Source: Fulvivirga sp. (lineage in GTDB: Bacteria; Bacteroidota; Bacteroidia; Cytophagales; Cyclobacteriaceae). From it: a stretch of DNA of 64,000 nt. Positions 46,107 through 55,808 of the stretch are shown piece after piece; within the stretch, counting starts at the first letter, position 1; each line of letters starts with the position of its first letter. The stretch lies in assembly GCA_965284555.1 (NCBI GenBank), contig OZ260091.1:1656139-1720138 (forward strand), read 5' to 3'. The position numbers were made by a program, and so were the translations under genes. The notes under the pieces were generated by a model. It was given only the letters and a program-made list of their open reading frames with translations, was not told the DNA's origin and ran no database searches.

Positions 46107-48239
46107 ATGGAACTAGAAAAATTTAGCTATGACAACAAGATTGTAAAATACTTTATCATAGCCACGGTAGTTTTTGGTATAGTAGGAATGCTAGTGGGGT
46201 TAACAGCTGCAATTCAGTTGTTTTACCCCATTTTTAATTTCGACTTGCCGTATACTACATTCGGTAGAATCAGGCCATTGCATACCAATGCCATTATTTT
46301 TGCATTTGTCGGTAATGCCATGTTTGCAGGAATTTATTATTCACTTCAGCGCCTGCTCAAAACACGAATGTTTAGCGATGCCCTGAGCTGGATTAACTTC
46401 TGGGGCTGGCAACTTATCATTTTGGCTGCGGCCATTTCTTTGCCACTTGGTTTCACCTCTTCTAAAGAGTATGCCGAACTCGAGTGGCCAATCGATATTG
46501 CCATAGCACTCATCTGGGTGGTATTCGGTATCAATATGATTGGTACGATCATCAAAAGAAGGGAGAAGCACATGTATGTAGCCATTTGGTTTTACATCGC
46601 CACTTTTGTAACGGTAGCCGTGCTTCACATTGTTAACTCATTTGCCATACCTGTTACCTTTATGAAAAGTTACAGCTGGTACGCAGGCGTGCAAGATGCA
46701 CTTGTGCAATGGTGGTATGGTCACAATGCAGTGGCTTTTTTCCTTACTACGCCTTTTTTGGGGTTGATGTATTACTTCTTACCAAAAGCAGCAAACCGCC
46801 CTGTTTATTCTTATAAGTTATCCATTATTCACTTCTGGTCATTGATTTTTATTTATATCTGGGCTGGTCCTCACCACTTATTATATACCTCACTGCCCGA
46901 TTGGGCGCAGTCGCTGGGCGTTGTTTTCTCCATTATGCTCATTGCACCTAGCTGGGGTGGTATGCTCAATGGTTTGCTAACATTGCGTGGTGCATGGGAT
47001 AGGGTGCGTGAAGAACCAGTGTTGAAATTTATGGTGGTAGCTGTTACCGCCTATGGAATGGCCACATTTGAAGGCCCTATGCTTTCACTTAAAAATGTGA
47101 ATGCTATAGCTCACTTTACAGACTGGATTGTGGCACACGTGCACGTTGGAGGTTTAGGGTGGAATGGCTTTCTTATATTCGGTATCCTTTATTGGGTTGT
47201 ACCCCGTATGTGGGGCACAAAATTGTACTCGGTAAGCTTGGCCAATACCCACTTCTGGATTGGCACATTGGGTATCATCTTTTATGCCTTACCACTGTAT
47301 GTGGCGGGTATCACTCAAAGTTTGATGTGGAAAGAGTTTAATGCCGAAGGTTTCTTAGAATATAAAAACTTCCTCGAAACAGTAGTACAAATATTGCCGA
47401 TGTATATGCTTAGAGCAATAGGCGGTACTCTATACTTGACCGGTGCCATTATCATGACTTACAATTTGATGAAGACTGCAGCGCAAGGCAGCTTTATAGC
47501 CAATGAAGAAGCAGAAGCAGCACCGTTGCCTAAAGAAAATCATGCCGGAGGCCACTGGCACAGTGTATTGGAAAGAAAACCTGTATTATTTACTGTTTTA
47601 ACTGTTGTTGCCATTTTAATAGGTGGTGTTATAGAAATGGTGCCTACATTCTTAATAAAAAGTAATGTGCCTACCATAGCAAGCGTAAAACCATATACAC
47701 CACTAGAATTACACGGACGGGACATTTACATAAGAGAAGGCTGCGTCAATTGCCACTCTCAGATGGTAAGACCATTTAGGTCTGAAACAGAGCGGTATGG
47801 AGAATATTCTAAAGCTGGTGAATTCGTATATGACCACCCGTTCTTATGGGGATCTAAGCGTACGGGCCCCGATTTACATAGGGTTGGAGCCAAATATCCC
47901 GATAGCTGGCATTATTACCACATGCTCGATCCAGGTTCTGTTTCAGCGGGCTCTATTATGCCACCTTACCCTTGGCTATATCAAAGCGCCATTGATAAAG
48001 GTATAACCGCTGATATGATTAATGCACTGAGAACAATTGGAGTGCCATATGAAGAAGGATATGAATTAACAGCCAATGACGATCTGGATGCCCAGGCAAA
48101 ACAAATTGCAGAAAATTTAAAAGCGCAAGACGGCATTGAAGTATTGCCTGAAACGGAAATTGTGGCACTGATAGCCTATCTGCAAAGATTGGGTACCGAT
48201 ATTAAAGTTAAACCAGAACAAACCGCTATAAACCCATAA
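46107..48239 (+). CDS. ccoN: cbb3-type cytochrome c oxidase fused subunits I/II (CcoN-CcoO)
   Basis: RPLHTNA, QWWYGHNAVAF, WAGPHHL, AHVHVGGLGW; CcoO part with EGCVNCHSQMVRP and WGSKRTGPDL. Confidence 0.97.
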   Translation: MELEKFSYDNKIVKYFIIATVVFGIVGMLVGLTAAIQLFYPIFNFDLPYTTFGRIRPLHTNAIIFAFVGNAMFAGIYYSLQRLLKTRMFSDALSWINFWGWQLIILAAAISLPLGFTSSKEYAELEWPIDIAIALIWVVFGINMIGTIIKRREKHMYVAIWFYIATFVTVAVLHIVNSFAIPVTFMKSYSWYAGVQDALVQWWYGHNAVAFFLTTPFLGLMYYFLPKAANRPVYSYKLSIIHFWSLIFIYIWAGPHHLLYTSLPDWAQSLGVVFSIMLIAPSWGGMLNGLLTLRGAWDRVREEPVLKFMVVAVTAYGMATFEGPMLSLKNVNAIAHFTDWIVAHVHVGGLGWNGFLIFGILYWVVPRMWGTKLYSVSLANTHFWIGTLGIIFYALPLYVAGITQSLMWKEFNAEGFLEYKNFLETVVQILPMYMLRAIGGTLYLTGAIIMTYNLMKTAAQGSFIANEEAEAAPLPKENHAGGHWHSVLERKPVLFTVLTVVAILIGGVIEMVPTFLIKSNVPTIASVKPYTPLELHGRDIYIREGCVNCHSQMVRPFRSETERYGEYSKAGEFVYDHPFLWGSKRTGPDLHRVGAKYPDSWHYYHMLDPGSVSAGSIMPPYPWLYQSAIDKGITADMINALRTIGVPYEEGYELTANDDLDAQAKQIAENLKAQDGIEVLPETEIVALIAYLQRLGTDIKVKPEQTAINP

Positions 48240-48242
48240 GCC

Positions 48243-48434
48243 ATGTTTAAATATTATTTCGAACAAGTACATAATGTGGAGATTTGGCCGATAATATCGC
48301 TTACTATCTTCATGCTGTTTTTCGCTGGACTTTTAATTTGGGTCTTTAAAGCGGATAAAAACTATATCAATAAAATGAAAAACCTGCCCATTGATGGGCA
48401 GGATGTTGCAACCTCAAAACCTGCAGAAAAATGA
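48243..48434 (+). CDS. ccoQ: cbb3 oxidase subunit CcoQ
   Basis: 63 aa, single TM (ISLTIFMLFFAGLLIWVF), ending MKNLPID; operon position. Confidence 0.85.
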   Translation: MFKYYFEQVHNVEIWPIISLTIFMLFFAGLLIWVFKADKNYINKMKNLPIDGQDVATSKPAEK

Positions 48435-49366
48435 AAGCTTTTTTAATAAAAATCAGCGCTATCATGTCCATGGTCACACTATTGGGCATCACTAATGTGC
48501 AAGCACAAAGTGTAGCAGGTAGCGAAATAAGTACCGATATGCTATTTTATATTATGGCGGGCTTTGTGTTTGTAGTGGCGGTACTCATATTATGGGTGGC
48601 CGTAGTGGTACTTCGCCTTCTTAAATTTATTGTGCGTGAAGAGGCTCAAAAAAGAGCGGCAGCATCAGGCCAGCCGATAATTGAAGAAGAAAGCTGGTGG
48701 CAAAAAATGATGCAAAAGGTCAACGATGCAGTTCCAATTGAAAAAGAAGACACTGTAATGCTTGACCATAACTATGATGGCATCCGAGAGCTTGATAATC
48801 ACTTGCCGCCATGGTGGAAGTGGCTATTTTACATCACTATTGTATTTGCGGTCGTTTATATGCTTGGCTATCACGTAATCGGCAACATGCCATTACAAGA
48901 AGCTGAATATCAGGCAGAAATTGCTTTAGCTAATGAACAGGCGCAAGCCAGAATGGCCAATGCACCAACAGAAAATATCGATGAAACCAATGTGCAATTT
49001 GTTGATGATCCTACAGCATTGGCGCAGGGTAAGCAAGTTTATATTAATAATTGTGCCCAATGTCATAAAGAGCTTGGTGAAGGGGGTATTGGCCCTAACC
49101 TTACAGACGATTATTGGTTGCACGGTGGTAGTGTTAATGAAATCTACAAAACAATAAAAGTGGGAGTACCTGAAAAAGGTATGATTTCATGGGAGCCACT
49201 ATTGTCACCAACACAAATGCAAAACGTAACTTCATATATCATAACGCTTCGCGGTAGCAACCCACCAAATGCAAAAGCACCACAAGGTGAATTATATGCG
49301 CCTGAGAATGTTAAGGATGAAGAAACACAACCCGTTGATAGCCTGCAAACAGCTATGAATGAATAA
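48431..49366 (+). CDS. ccoP: cbb3 oxidase subunit CcoP (single CxxCH)
   Basis: DHNYDGIRELDNHLPPWW, CAQCH, GPNLTDDYWLHG, GMISW. Confidence 0.92.
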   Translation: MKAFLIKISAIMSMVTLLGITNVQAQSVAGSEISTDMLFYIMAGFVFVVAVLILWVAVVVLRLLKFIVREEAQKRAAASGQPIIEEESWWQKMMQKVNDAVPIEKEDTVMLDHNYDGIRELDNHLPPWWKWLFYITIVFAVVYMLGYHVIGNMPLQEAEYQAEIALANEQAQARMANAPTENIDETNVQFVDDPTALAQGKQVYINNCAQCHKELGEGGIGPNLTDDYWLHGGSVNEIYKTIKVGVPEKGMISWEPLLSPTQMQNVTSYIITLRGSNPPNAKAPQGELYAPENVKDEETQPVDSLQTAMNE

Positions 49367-49368
49367 AT

Positions 49369-50781
49369 ATGGCAGAAGAAAATCTATATCAATATGATGA
49401 AGAGTTTAGGGATGCTATTGCCACAGTAGATAAATCTGGCAAGCGTATTTGGGTCTACCCCAAAATGCCTAAAGGCTTCTATCACAACCTAAGAAAAGTG
49501 GTGTCAGCTGTTTTGCTGATACTACTTTTTGCCGGGCCTTTTATTACTTTAAATGGCCGACCATTTATTCTCCTCAATATTTTTGAGCGGAGATTTATCA
49601 TATTTGGGCAGGCATTTTGGCCTCAAGATTTCTTCCTCTTAGCCTTATTGCTGATAACCTTTTTTGTTTTCATCATTCTGTTTACCGTAGTTTTTGGAAG
49701 GCTCTGGTGTGGTTGGGCTTGCCCTCAAACACTTTTTATGGAAATGGTTTTCCGTAAAATCGAATATTGGCTAGAAGGAGATGCTAACCAACAGCGAAAG
49801 TTAAATCAAAGGCCGTGGGATTTTGATAAATTTTGGCGTAAAGGAGTAAAGCACCTCATATTTCTGGCAATCTCGGTGATCATTGCCCATACGGTAATGG
49901 CCTATTTGGTTGGAGTTGAAGAAGTAAAACAAATAGTGAGTCAACCGCCATCTTCAAACCTCTCAGGATTTATTGGTGTTGTGGTTTTTACAGGTATTTT
50001 TTATGGAGTATTTGCCTACCTACGTGAGCAAGCTTGTATAGCTATTTGCCCCTATGGTAGATTGCAGGGGGTTTTGCTCGATAAAAAATCTATTGCCGTT
50101 ATGTACGACTGGCTTCGAGGTGAGCCTAGAGGTAAAATCAAGAAAAACGAAGAACAAACCAAAGGCGATTGCATCGATTGCAAACTTTGTGTACACGTTT
50201 GTCCAACCGGAATTGACATCAGAAACGGTACACAGCTAGAGTGCGTAAATTGCACTGCCTGTATAGATGCCTGCGATGAGGTAATGGTGAAGATTGACAA
50301 ACCCAAGGGCCTAATTCGCTATGCTTCTTATGATTCCATAGTAGAAGGAACCAAAAATTTGTTCAACACTAGGGTTAAAGCTTACTCAGTAGTTTTATCT
50401 GTATTGTTAATCATCTTAACAACGGCATTAGCCACCCGTACAGATATTGAAACAACAATTCTGAAAGTTCCTGGTCAGCTGTATCAAAGAACTGAACATG
50501 GCACCATAACCAATTTGTATAATATTCAATTTGTGAATAAAACCTTTGATGACATGCATATTGAATTAAAAGTATTAGATAATAACGAGGCCACGATCAA
50601 AAAAGTAGGCGAGGGAGATCAGCTATTGCAAGCCAATAGCTTGAGTGAAGGGGTCTATTTTATAGAAATGCCAGCTAAGGGAATTGAATCGGCCAAAATG
50701 AAGCTGAAAGTAGGAGTCTTTGTGAATGGGGAGCTAATAGAGACCACCACCACAAAATTTTTAGCACCTATGATAAATTGA
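49369..50781 (+). CDS. ccoG: cbb3 oxidase accessory 4Fe-4S protein CcoG/FixG
   Basis: GRLWCGWACPQT, CPYGRLQ, CIDCKLCVHVCP and CVNCTACIDAC. Confidence 0.95.
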   Translation: MAEENLYQYDEEFRDAIATVDKSGKRIWVYPKMPKGFYHNLRKVVSAVLLILLFAGPFITLNGRPFILLNIFERRFIIFGQAFWPQDFFLLALLLITFFVFIILFTVVFGRLWCGWACPQTLFMEMVFRKIEYWLEGDANQQRKLNQRPWDFDKFWRKGVKHLIFLAISVIIAHTVMAYLVGVEEVKQIVSQPPSSNLSGFIGVVVFTGIFYGVFAYLREQACIAICPYGRLQGVLLDKKSIAVMYDWLRGEPRGKIKKNEEQTKGDCIDCKLCVHVCPTGIDIRNGTQLECVNCTACIDACDEVMVKIDKPKGLIRYASYDSIVEGTKNLFNTRVKAYSVVLSVLLIILTTALATRTDIETTILKVPGQLYQRTEHGTITNLYNIQFVNKTFDDMHIELKVLDNNEATIKKVGEGDQLLQANSLSEGVYFIEMPAKGIESAKMKLKVGVFVNGELIETTTTKFLAPMIN

Positions 50782-50800
50782 AAGTTGAAAGTTGAAAGTT
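50780..50800. repeat. Heptamer tandem repeat (GAAAGTT)x3
   Basis: gaaagtt x3 at the ccoG stop; partly complementary aaactt-type units follow at ~50820-50850. Confidence 0.65.
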
Positions 50801-50861
50801 TAATCTTCATTATGGAGTTAAACTTCTAACCAAAAACTTAAACCTTTGAACCAATAGAAAA

Positions 50862-51287
50862 ATGAACTGGGGAAATAAAATAGTAGTCGCTTTTGTACTT
50901 TTTATGGCAATAATCATCACTATGGTAGTGATAAGCATGCGGCAAGATGTGAGTTTAGTCGCACCTGACTATTATAAACAGGAAATTACCTATCAAGATC
51001 AAATAGATAAATTGAAAAACACCAATGAAGCTGGGGCAAATGTGCCAAACTTAATCTACAACAGTGCAGAGAATAAAGTGATTGTTTCTTGCCCTGTGTC
51101 GCTATCTGGCGAAATTCAATTTTACAGACCCTCAGATGCCACCAAAGACATAACAGTAAAGTTTAATGTAGACCAAACCGATTGGCAGATGAATACGGCT
51201 ACCATGAATAAAGGATTATGGAAAGTGAAAATCAGTTGGGAGAATGAAGGCAAAACACATTATAAAGAACAAAATTTAGTATTGTAA
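50862..51287 (+). CDS. fixH: FixH/CcoH family protein
   Basis: MNWGNKIVVAF..DLVAPDYYKQEITYQDQID..FYRPSD..GLWKVKISW. Confidence 0.88.
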   Translation: MNWGNKIVVAFVLFMAIIITMVVISMRQDVSLVAPDYYKQEITYQDQIDKLKNTNEAGANVPNLIYNSAENKVIVSCPVSLSGEIQFYRPSDATKDITVKFNVDQTDWQMNTATMNKGLWKVKISWENEGKTHYKEQNLVL

Positions 51288-51290
51288 CCA

Positions 51291-51989
51291 ATGGGGAGTG
51301 TTGTTATAGGGTTTACTTTGGGTATTTTGGGTAGTTTGCACTGTGTAGTCATGTGTGGGCCAATTGCTTCATATATACATAGTAAATCCTCCTTAAAAAG
51401 TACCTTATTGCTCTACAATATAGGTAGGGTGCTTACCTATATAGTGCTTGGTCTCGCAGTTCGTACTTTAGGGAGTGGCGTAGAGTGGTTTGGTTATCAA
51501 CAAACACTTTCAATATTAGCCGGAGTGGTATTGGTTGGCATCATAGCAGTGCCCAGATTAATCAAACCTCGAAATTTAAAGCTATCCTTTGCTCCAATTC
51601 AGTTTATGAAATCTAAATTATTGGCATTAACAAGTCATAATAAAAACTCAACTTATTTGGTTTTAGGTGCTTTTAATGGCCTTTTACCTTGCGGGTTAGT
51701 ATATGTTGCATTAGGCACGACCATTGCCACTGATAGCGCTATTACAGCGGCATTGCTAATGGTGGGTTTTGGTTTGGGCACATTTCCATTAATGACGGCC
51801 GTGGTGTCTGGGTTTCAGTTATTACCTAAGTCAATTACCTCTAATTTTAAATTTGTGGTGCCTGTAGTTACTGTATTTATAGGCATGCTTCTAATAATGC
51901 GGGGCTTAGCGTTAGACATTCCTTATGTGAGCCCGGCTGTTGCCAAACTTTCTGCCGATTTTGGTATTACTACTTGTTCACCACGCTAA
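51291..51989 (+). CDS. DsbD_2/TauE-like membrane protein of cbb3 maturation clusters
   Basis: SLHCVVMCGPI, YNIGRVLTY, NGLLPCGLVY and FGLGTFP. Confidence 0.85.
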   Translation: MGSVVIGFTLGILGSLHCVVMCGPIASYIHSKSSLKSTLLLYNIGRVLTYIVLGLAVRTLGSGVEWFGYQQTLSILAGVVLVGIIAVPRLIKPRNLKLSFAPIQFMKSKLLALTSHNKNSTYLVLGAFNGLLPCGLVYVALGTTIATDSAITAALLMVGFGLGTFPLMTAVVSGFQLLPKSITSNFKFVVPVVTVFIGMLLIMRGLALDIPYVSPAVAKLSADFGITTCSPR

Positions 51990-52013
51990 TTGATCATATA
52001 AACATAAATTTTA

Positions 52014-53297
52014 ATGAGTACTCTAAAAATAGTGGAAGCTGCAGAGGCAGTGAGCCGCGTAAAATCTGGCGATCGAATATTTATACAAGGTGCAGCCATG
52101 ACACCAATCTTGCTTATCAATGAGTTGTGTAAGCGCTATAAGGAACTAGAGCATGTTAATCTGATTCACATGCATACCGAGGGAGAGGCATTATATACTA
52201 AATCTCCTTATAATCAGGCCTTTCGTTCGGTAAGCTGCTTTGTGGGCGGCAACGTGCGTGAGGCCGTAAATAATGGAAGTGGCGATTATATTCCGATTTT
52301 CTTGAGCGAAATTCATTTGCTTTTCAGACGCAATATTTTACCTCTCGATGTGGCCTTTATTCAAGTCTCACCACCAGATATCCACGGGTTTTGTTCTTTG
52401 GGTACATCCATTGATGTTACCATTCCAGCGATAGAAACTGCCAAATTGGTAATTGCCCAAATAAATAAATTTGTGCCACGCACCCATGGTGATGGCATTA
52501 TCCATATAAGTAAAATAAATTGTGCGGTTCAGGCCGATGTACCTTTGCATGCCACAGAGGTTAAAACACCCTCTGAAATTGAACTAAGTATTGGTAAGCA
52601 CGTAGCCGGACTTGTAGAAGATGGTGCTACATTACAGATGGGCATTGGTGGAATCCCAAATGTGGTATTGGACAATCTTGTTAATCATAAACATTTGGGT
52701 ATCCATACCGAAATGTTCTCCGATGGTATTCTGAAATTAGTAGAAAAAGGAATAATCACTGGTGAGAAAAAGAAGATAAAGCCCGGTAAAATAGTGAGTT
52801 GCTTTGCCATTGGCTCTCAAAAGCTATATGATTTTATGGATGATAATCCGCTGATACACTTTAAAGAGGCTTCATTCACCAATGATACAGCTATCATTAG
52901 GCTCAATCCTAAAGTTACAGCTATCAACAGCGCTATTGAAATTGACCTAACAGGACAGGTTTGTGCCGATACAATTGGCATGTATCAGTTTTCTGGTGTA
53001 GGTGGCCAAATGGATTTTATAAGAGGGGCCTCATTATCAGAAGGTGGCAAAGCAATTATTGCCATGCCTTCTATTACCAATAAGGGGGAATCTAAGCTCG
53101 TATCAATGCTAAAGCCTGGAGCAGGAGTTACCACTACGAGAGCACATGTTCATTATGTAGCCACCGAGCACGGGGTTGTAGATTTATATGGAAAAAGCTT
53201 GAAACAAAGGGCAAGGGCATTAATATCCATAGCGCATCCAAACCATCAAGAGCAATTAGAAAAAGAAGCATTTGCCAGATTTAAGGTTCAGATTTAA
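52014..53297 (+). CDS. Acetyl-CoA hydrolase/CoA-transferase family protein
   Basis: LQMGIGGIP, GIHTEMFSDG, EIDLTGQVCAD, SGVGGQMDF and VATEHG. Confidence 0.9.
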   Translation: MSTLKIVEAAEAVSRVKSGDRIFIQGAAMTPILLINELCKRYKELEHVNLIHMHTEGEALYTKSPYNQAFRSVSCFVGGNVREAVNNGSGDYIPIFLSEIHLLFRRNILPLDVAFIQVSPPDIHGFCSLGTSIDVTIPAIETAKLVIAQINKFVPRTHGDGIIHISKINCAVQADVPLHATEVKTPSEIELSIGKHVAGLVEDGATLQMGIGGIPNVVLDNLVNHKHLGIHTEMFSDGILKLVEKGIITGEKKKIKPGKIVSCFAIGSQKLYDFMDDNPLIHFKEASFTNDTAIIRLNPKVTAINSAIEIDLTGQVCADTIGMYQFSGVGGQMDFIRGASLSEGGKAIIAMPSITNKGESKLVSMLKPGAGVTTTRAHVHYVATEHGVVDLYGKSLKQRARALISIAHPNHQEQLEKEAFARFKVQI

Positions 53298-53332
53298 TGT
53301 CATTTGAATAAAATTAAGATCATTTATTGAAA

Positions 53333-53363
53333 GAAAAAAGCCATCATTTGTGTGGCTTTTTTT
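53333..53363 (+). terminator. Intrinsic terminator ending the cco operon
   Basis: aaaaaaagcca / tggcttttttt. Confidence 0.7.
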
Positions 53364-53475
53364 TATATCCAATGCTCAATTGTTTTATAAAAATAATATA
53401 ATATAAAAAAATTAATATAATGATATAAAAGATATTGAATGACAGTTTTTTAGTTTCTGAAAATCAGCTTTTAAC

Positions 53476-53489
53476 CTGATAAGGGTCAT
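53476..53489. promoter_or_regulatory. Crp/Fnr-type box upstream of yceI-barrel operon
   Basis: ctgat-aagg-gtcat. Confidence 0.65.
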
Positions 53490-53540
53490 AAAATACCTTC
53501 CAATAGACCCATAATATTGTGTAGCCAAACAAAGAAAGTT

Positions 53541-54107
53541 ATGAAAAAGCTAACCTTAATATTCTTAATCATTAGTGCCACGGTACAAACTACCATGGCT
53601 CAATCTTATCAACTAGATTCAAAAAACTCTACGCTTGAAGTACTAGGTACTTCAACGCTTCACGATTGGGAAATTGTGGCTGAAGAGTTGGCAGGTAATG
53701 CCACCATAACTAAAGCCGAAGAAGCTCTTTCCATTGACAAGCTCAACTTTGAAGTAAATGTAAAGGGACTAAAAAGTGGAAAGAGTGCGATGGATAACAA
53801 CACCTATGAAGCACTAAAAAGTAAAAGCTTTCCCAAAATTACTTATGTGCTTACCAAAGTGCTTTCTGCCAACAAAGTAGGAGCTACTTACAATTTGGAA
53901 ACTACGGGAAAACTCACTATTGCTGGTTATACTAAAACAATGAATTTGCCAGTAAAAGCAGAGGTAATGGGTAATCAGGTGGTTTTTACAGGCAAGGTCA
54001 CCTTCAATATGACAGATTTTAAAGTTGATCCACCTACAGCTCTATTGGGAACAGTAAAAACAGGTGATGAAATTACAATTCAATTCAAAACAAAATTCAT
54101 TCAATAA
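53541..54107 (+). CDS. YceI-family lipid/polyisoprenoid-binding periplasmic protein
   Basis: Signal peptide; GTSTLHDW, LKSGKSAMDNNTYEAL, GKLTIAG and MTDFKVDPP (track start is TTG 53517). Confidence 0.88.
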   Translation: MKKLTLIFLIISATVQTTMAQSYQLDSKNSTLEVLGTSTLHDWEIVAEELAGNATITKAEEALSIDKLNFEVNVKGLKSGKSAMDNNTYEALKSKSFPKITYVLTKVLSANKVGATYNLETTGKLTIAGYTKTMNLPVKAEVMGNQVVFTGKVTFNMTDFKVDPPTALLGTVKTGDEITIQFKTKFIQ

Positions 54108-54128
54108 TAACTTATAAACTACAATAAA

Positions 54129-55412
54129 ATGAAAACTTCATTAAAAATCGGAATCGCTGCTATATTGCTGGGCACAGCACTTAGTGGATATGCTCAAGAA
54201 AGAAGAGCTTTACAATACGACAGAATGCCAGGTAAAGATGGTATTAATGTATTCGAAACTTCAAAAGAAGATACCGTTGGATATGACGGATTAAGAGTGA
54301 GAGTGGGTGGTGATTTTGCCATGCAGTTTCAAGGTATCACCCAAGGAAATGATTTAGGAAGCTTGGCCAAACTAGGCAAAAACTTAAACTTACCAACAGC
54401 CAATTTGAATATTGATGTGCAGTTAGAAGATGGTCTTAAAATGCACTTACGTACCTACTTGTCTGCCAGACACCACGAAGAATCTTGGGTAAAAGGCGGT
54501 CACATTCAAATGGATAAGTTAGACTTTATTAAACCAGGGTTATTGGCAGGCTTTATGGAAATAGCCACCATAAGAGTTGGTTTAGATGAGTTTAATTACG
54601 GTGACGCACACTTTAGAAGAACTGATAACGCCCGTGCTATTTACAATCCTTTTGTAGCTAACTATATCATGGATGCCTTCTCTACAGAGGCATTTGCTGA
54701 AATTAACTTACAAAAAAATGGACTTTTGGCTGTGTTAGGAGTAAGTAATGGTAAACTCAACCAAAACGTGGTGGTTAACGACAATACCGATAACAAGGTA
54801 TCTTTCTTTGGTAAACTTGGTATCGATAAAAAGTTAGATGATGACACTAGAGTAAGACTTACCGGATCTTGGTACATCAACAAAGGTACTACTACAGGTA
54901 CTTGGTTATATGGTGGCGACCGAGGTGGATCTAGATACTATGGAGTACTGCATACAAGAGATGAAATTGCCGCTGGTACTGCTAGTGACTTTGAAGGTAG
55001 ATTAAACGCACGCTTTACAGAAATCACCGCCATTCAAATCAACCCATTCATTCAAAAAGGTGGACTTGAGTTCTTCGGTATCTACGAAGTGGCCTCTGGT
55101 AGTGCTGAAGGCAATGACGGTAAATATACACAATTGGCTGGTGAGGTGCTCTACAGATTTGGAGGCTGGGATCAGTTCTTTGCAGGTACAAGATACAACA
55201 CTGTAAAAGGTGCCCCAGTTGATGGCGCTCCTGACCGTGAAATTCAACGCTTCAACATTGGTGGTGGTATGTTCTTAACCAAAAATGTAATGATGAAAAT
55301 GGAGTATGTAAGCCAAAAATATGAAGGTGATGGATGGAATGGTGTATCTGCCGGTAAATATGTTGGCGCGAGTTTTGAAGGAATCAACATAGAAGCAGTA
55401 ATAGGTTTCTAA
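54129..55412 (+). CDS. Uncharacterised outer-membrane beta-barrel protein
   Basis: Signal peptide (…SGYAQ), alternating amphipathic beta strands, BAM-type C-terminus INIEAVIGF; 427 aa, too short for a TonB-dependent receptor. Confidence 0.75.
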   Translation: MKTSLKIGIAAILLGTALSGYAQERRALQYDRMPGKDGINVFETSKEDTVGYDGLRVRVGGDFAMQFQGITQGNDLGSLAKLGKNLNLPTANLNIDVQLEDGLKMHLRTYLSARHHEESWVKGGHIQMDKLDFIKPGLLAGFMEIATIRVGLDEFNYGDAHFRRTDNARAIYNPFVANYIMDAFSTEAFAEINLQKNGLLAVLGVSNGKLNQNVVVNDNTDNKVSFFGKLGIDKKLDDDTRVRLTGSWYINKGTTTGTWLYGGDRGGSRYYGVLHTRDEIAAGTASDFEGRLNARFTEITAIQINPFIQKGGLEFFGIYEVASGSAEGNDGKYTQLAGEVLYRFGGWDQFFAGTRYNTVKGAPVDGAPDREIQRFNIGGGMFLTKNVMMKMEYVSQKYEGDGWNGVSAGKYVGASFEGINIEAVIGF

Positions 55413-55442
55413 TTAAAGAAGCAGTAATAGGTTTCTAATTAA
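55391..55442. repeat. Perfect 26-bp tandem duplication spanning the barrel-gene stop codon
   Basis: agaagcagtaataggtttctaattaa at 55391-55416 and 55417-55442. Confidence 0.9.
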
Positions 55443-55460
55443 AATAAAATCAAAAGAAAC

Positions 55461-55493
55461 AGAGACCGCTCGAAAGGGTGGTCTCTTTTTTTA
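55461..55493 (+). terminator. Intrinsic terminator
   Basis: agagaccgct / ggtggtctct followed by a T-run. Confidence 0.75.
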
Positions 55494-55808
55494 TTTGTAA
55501 TTGTCATGTCCGTAAATCAAGTTACACACAATGTGAAGGTTTATTCTATACAGAAAAGTGCCTTTATCAATTTCTTGATAGCCTGGTAGGAATCATTAAT
55601 GATATATGTACAACTCTCCGGAGCAGGCTTATCAGTCATTTTGTATTCAGAAATTTTTTATGTCTTTAGGCAAAGCCCATTTGCTCCGTAGTTTTAAGGG
55701 TATTCCAACCATGTTGTTAAACCGGACAAAAATCAGGTTTTAGACCATCAAATATCATCCATTTCCTTTCAATCTTTTAGCAATTTTAGTTAACAAAACA
55801 GCAAGGTC

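Noticed and set aside
54129-55412. TonB-dependent receptor partner of the downstream TonB
   Set aside because: 427 aa is far too short, and no plug domain or TonB box was recognised
55391-55442. attL/attR of a prophage or ICE
   Set aside because: The copies are directly adjacent and no integrase is present in the window
55478-55712. Small ORFs in the barrel-tonB gap (+ 55478-55669; broken minus-strand frame starting at 55712)
   Set aside because: No recognisable motif; the minus frame stops after 21 codons, and the + ORF starts inside the terminator
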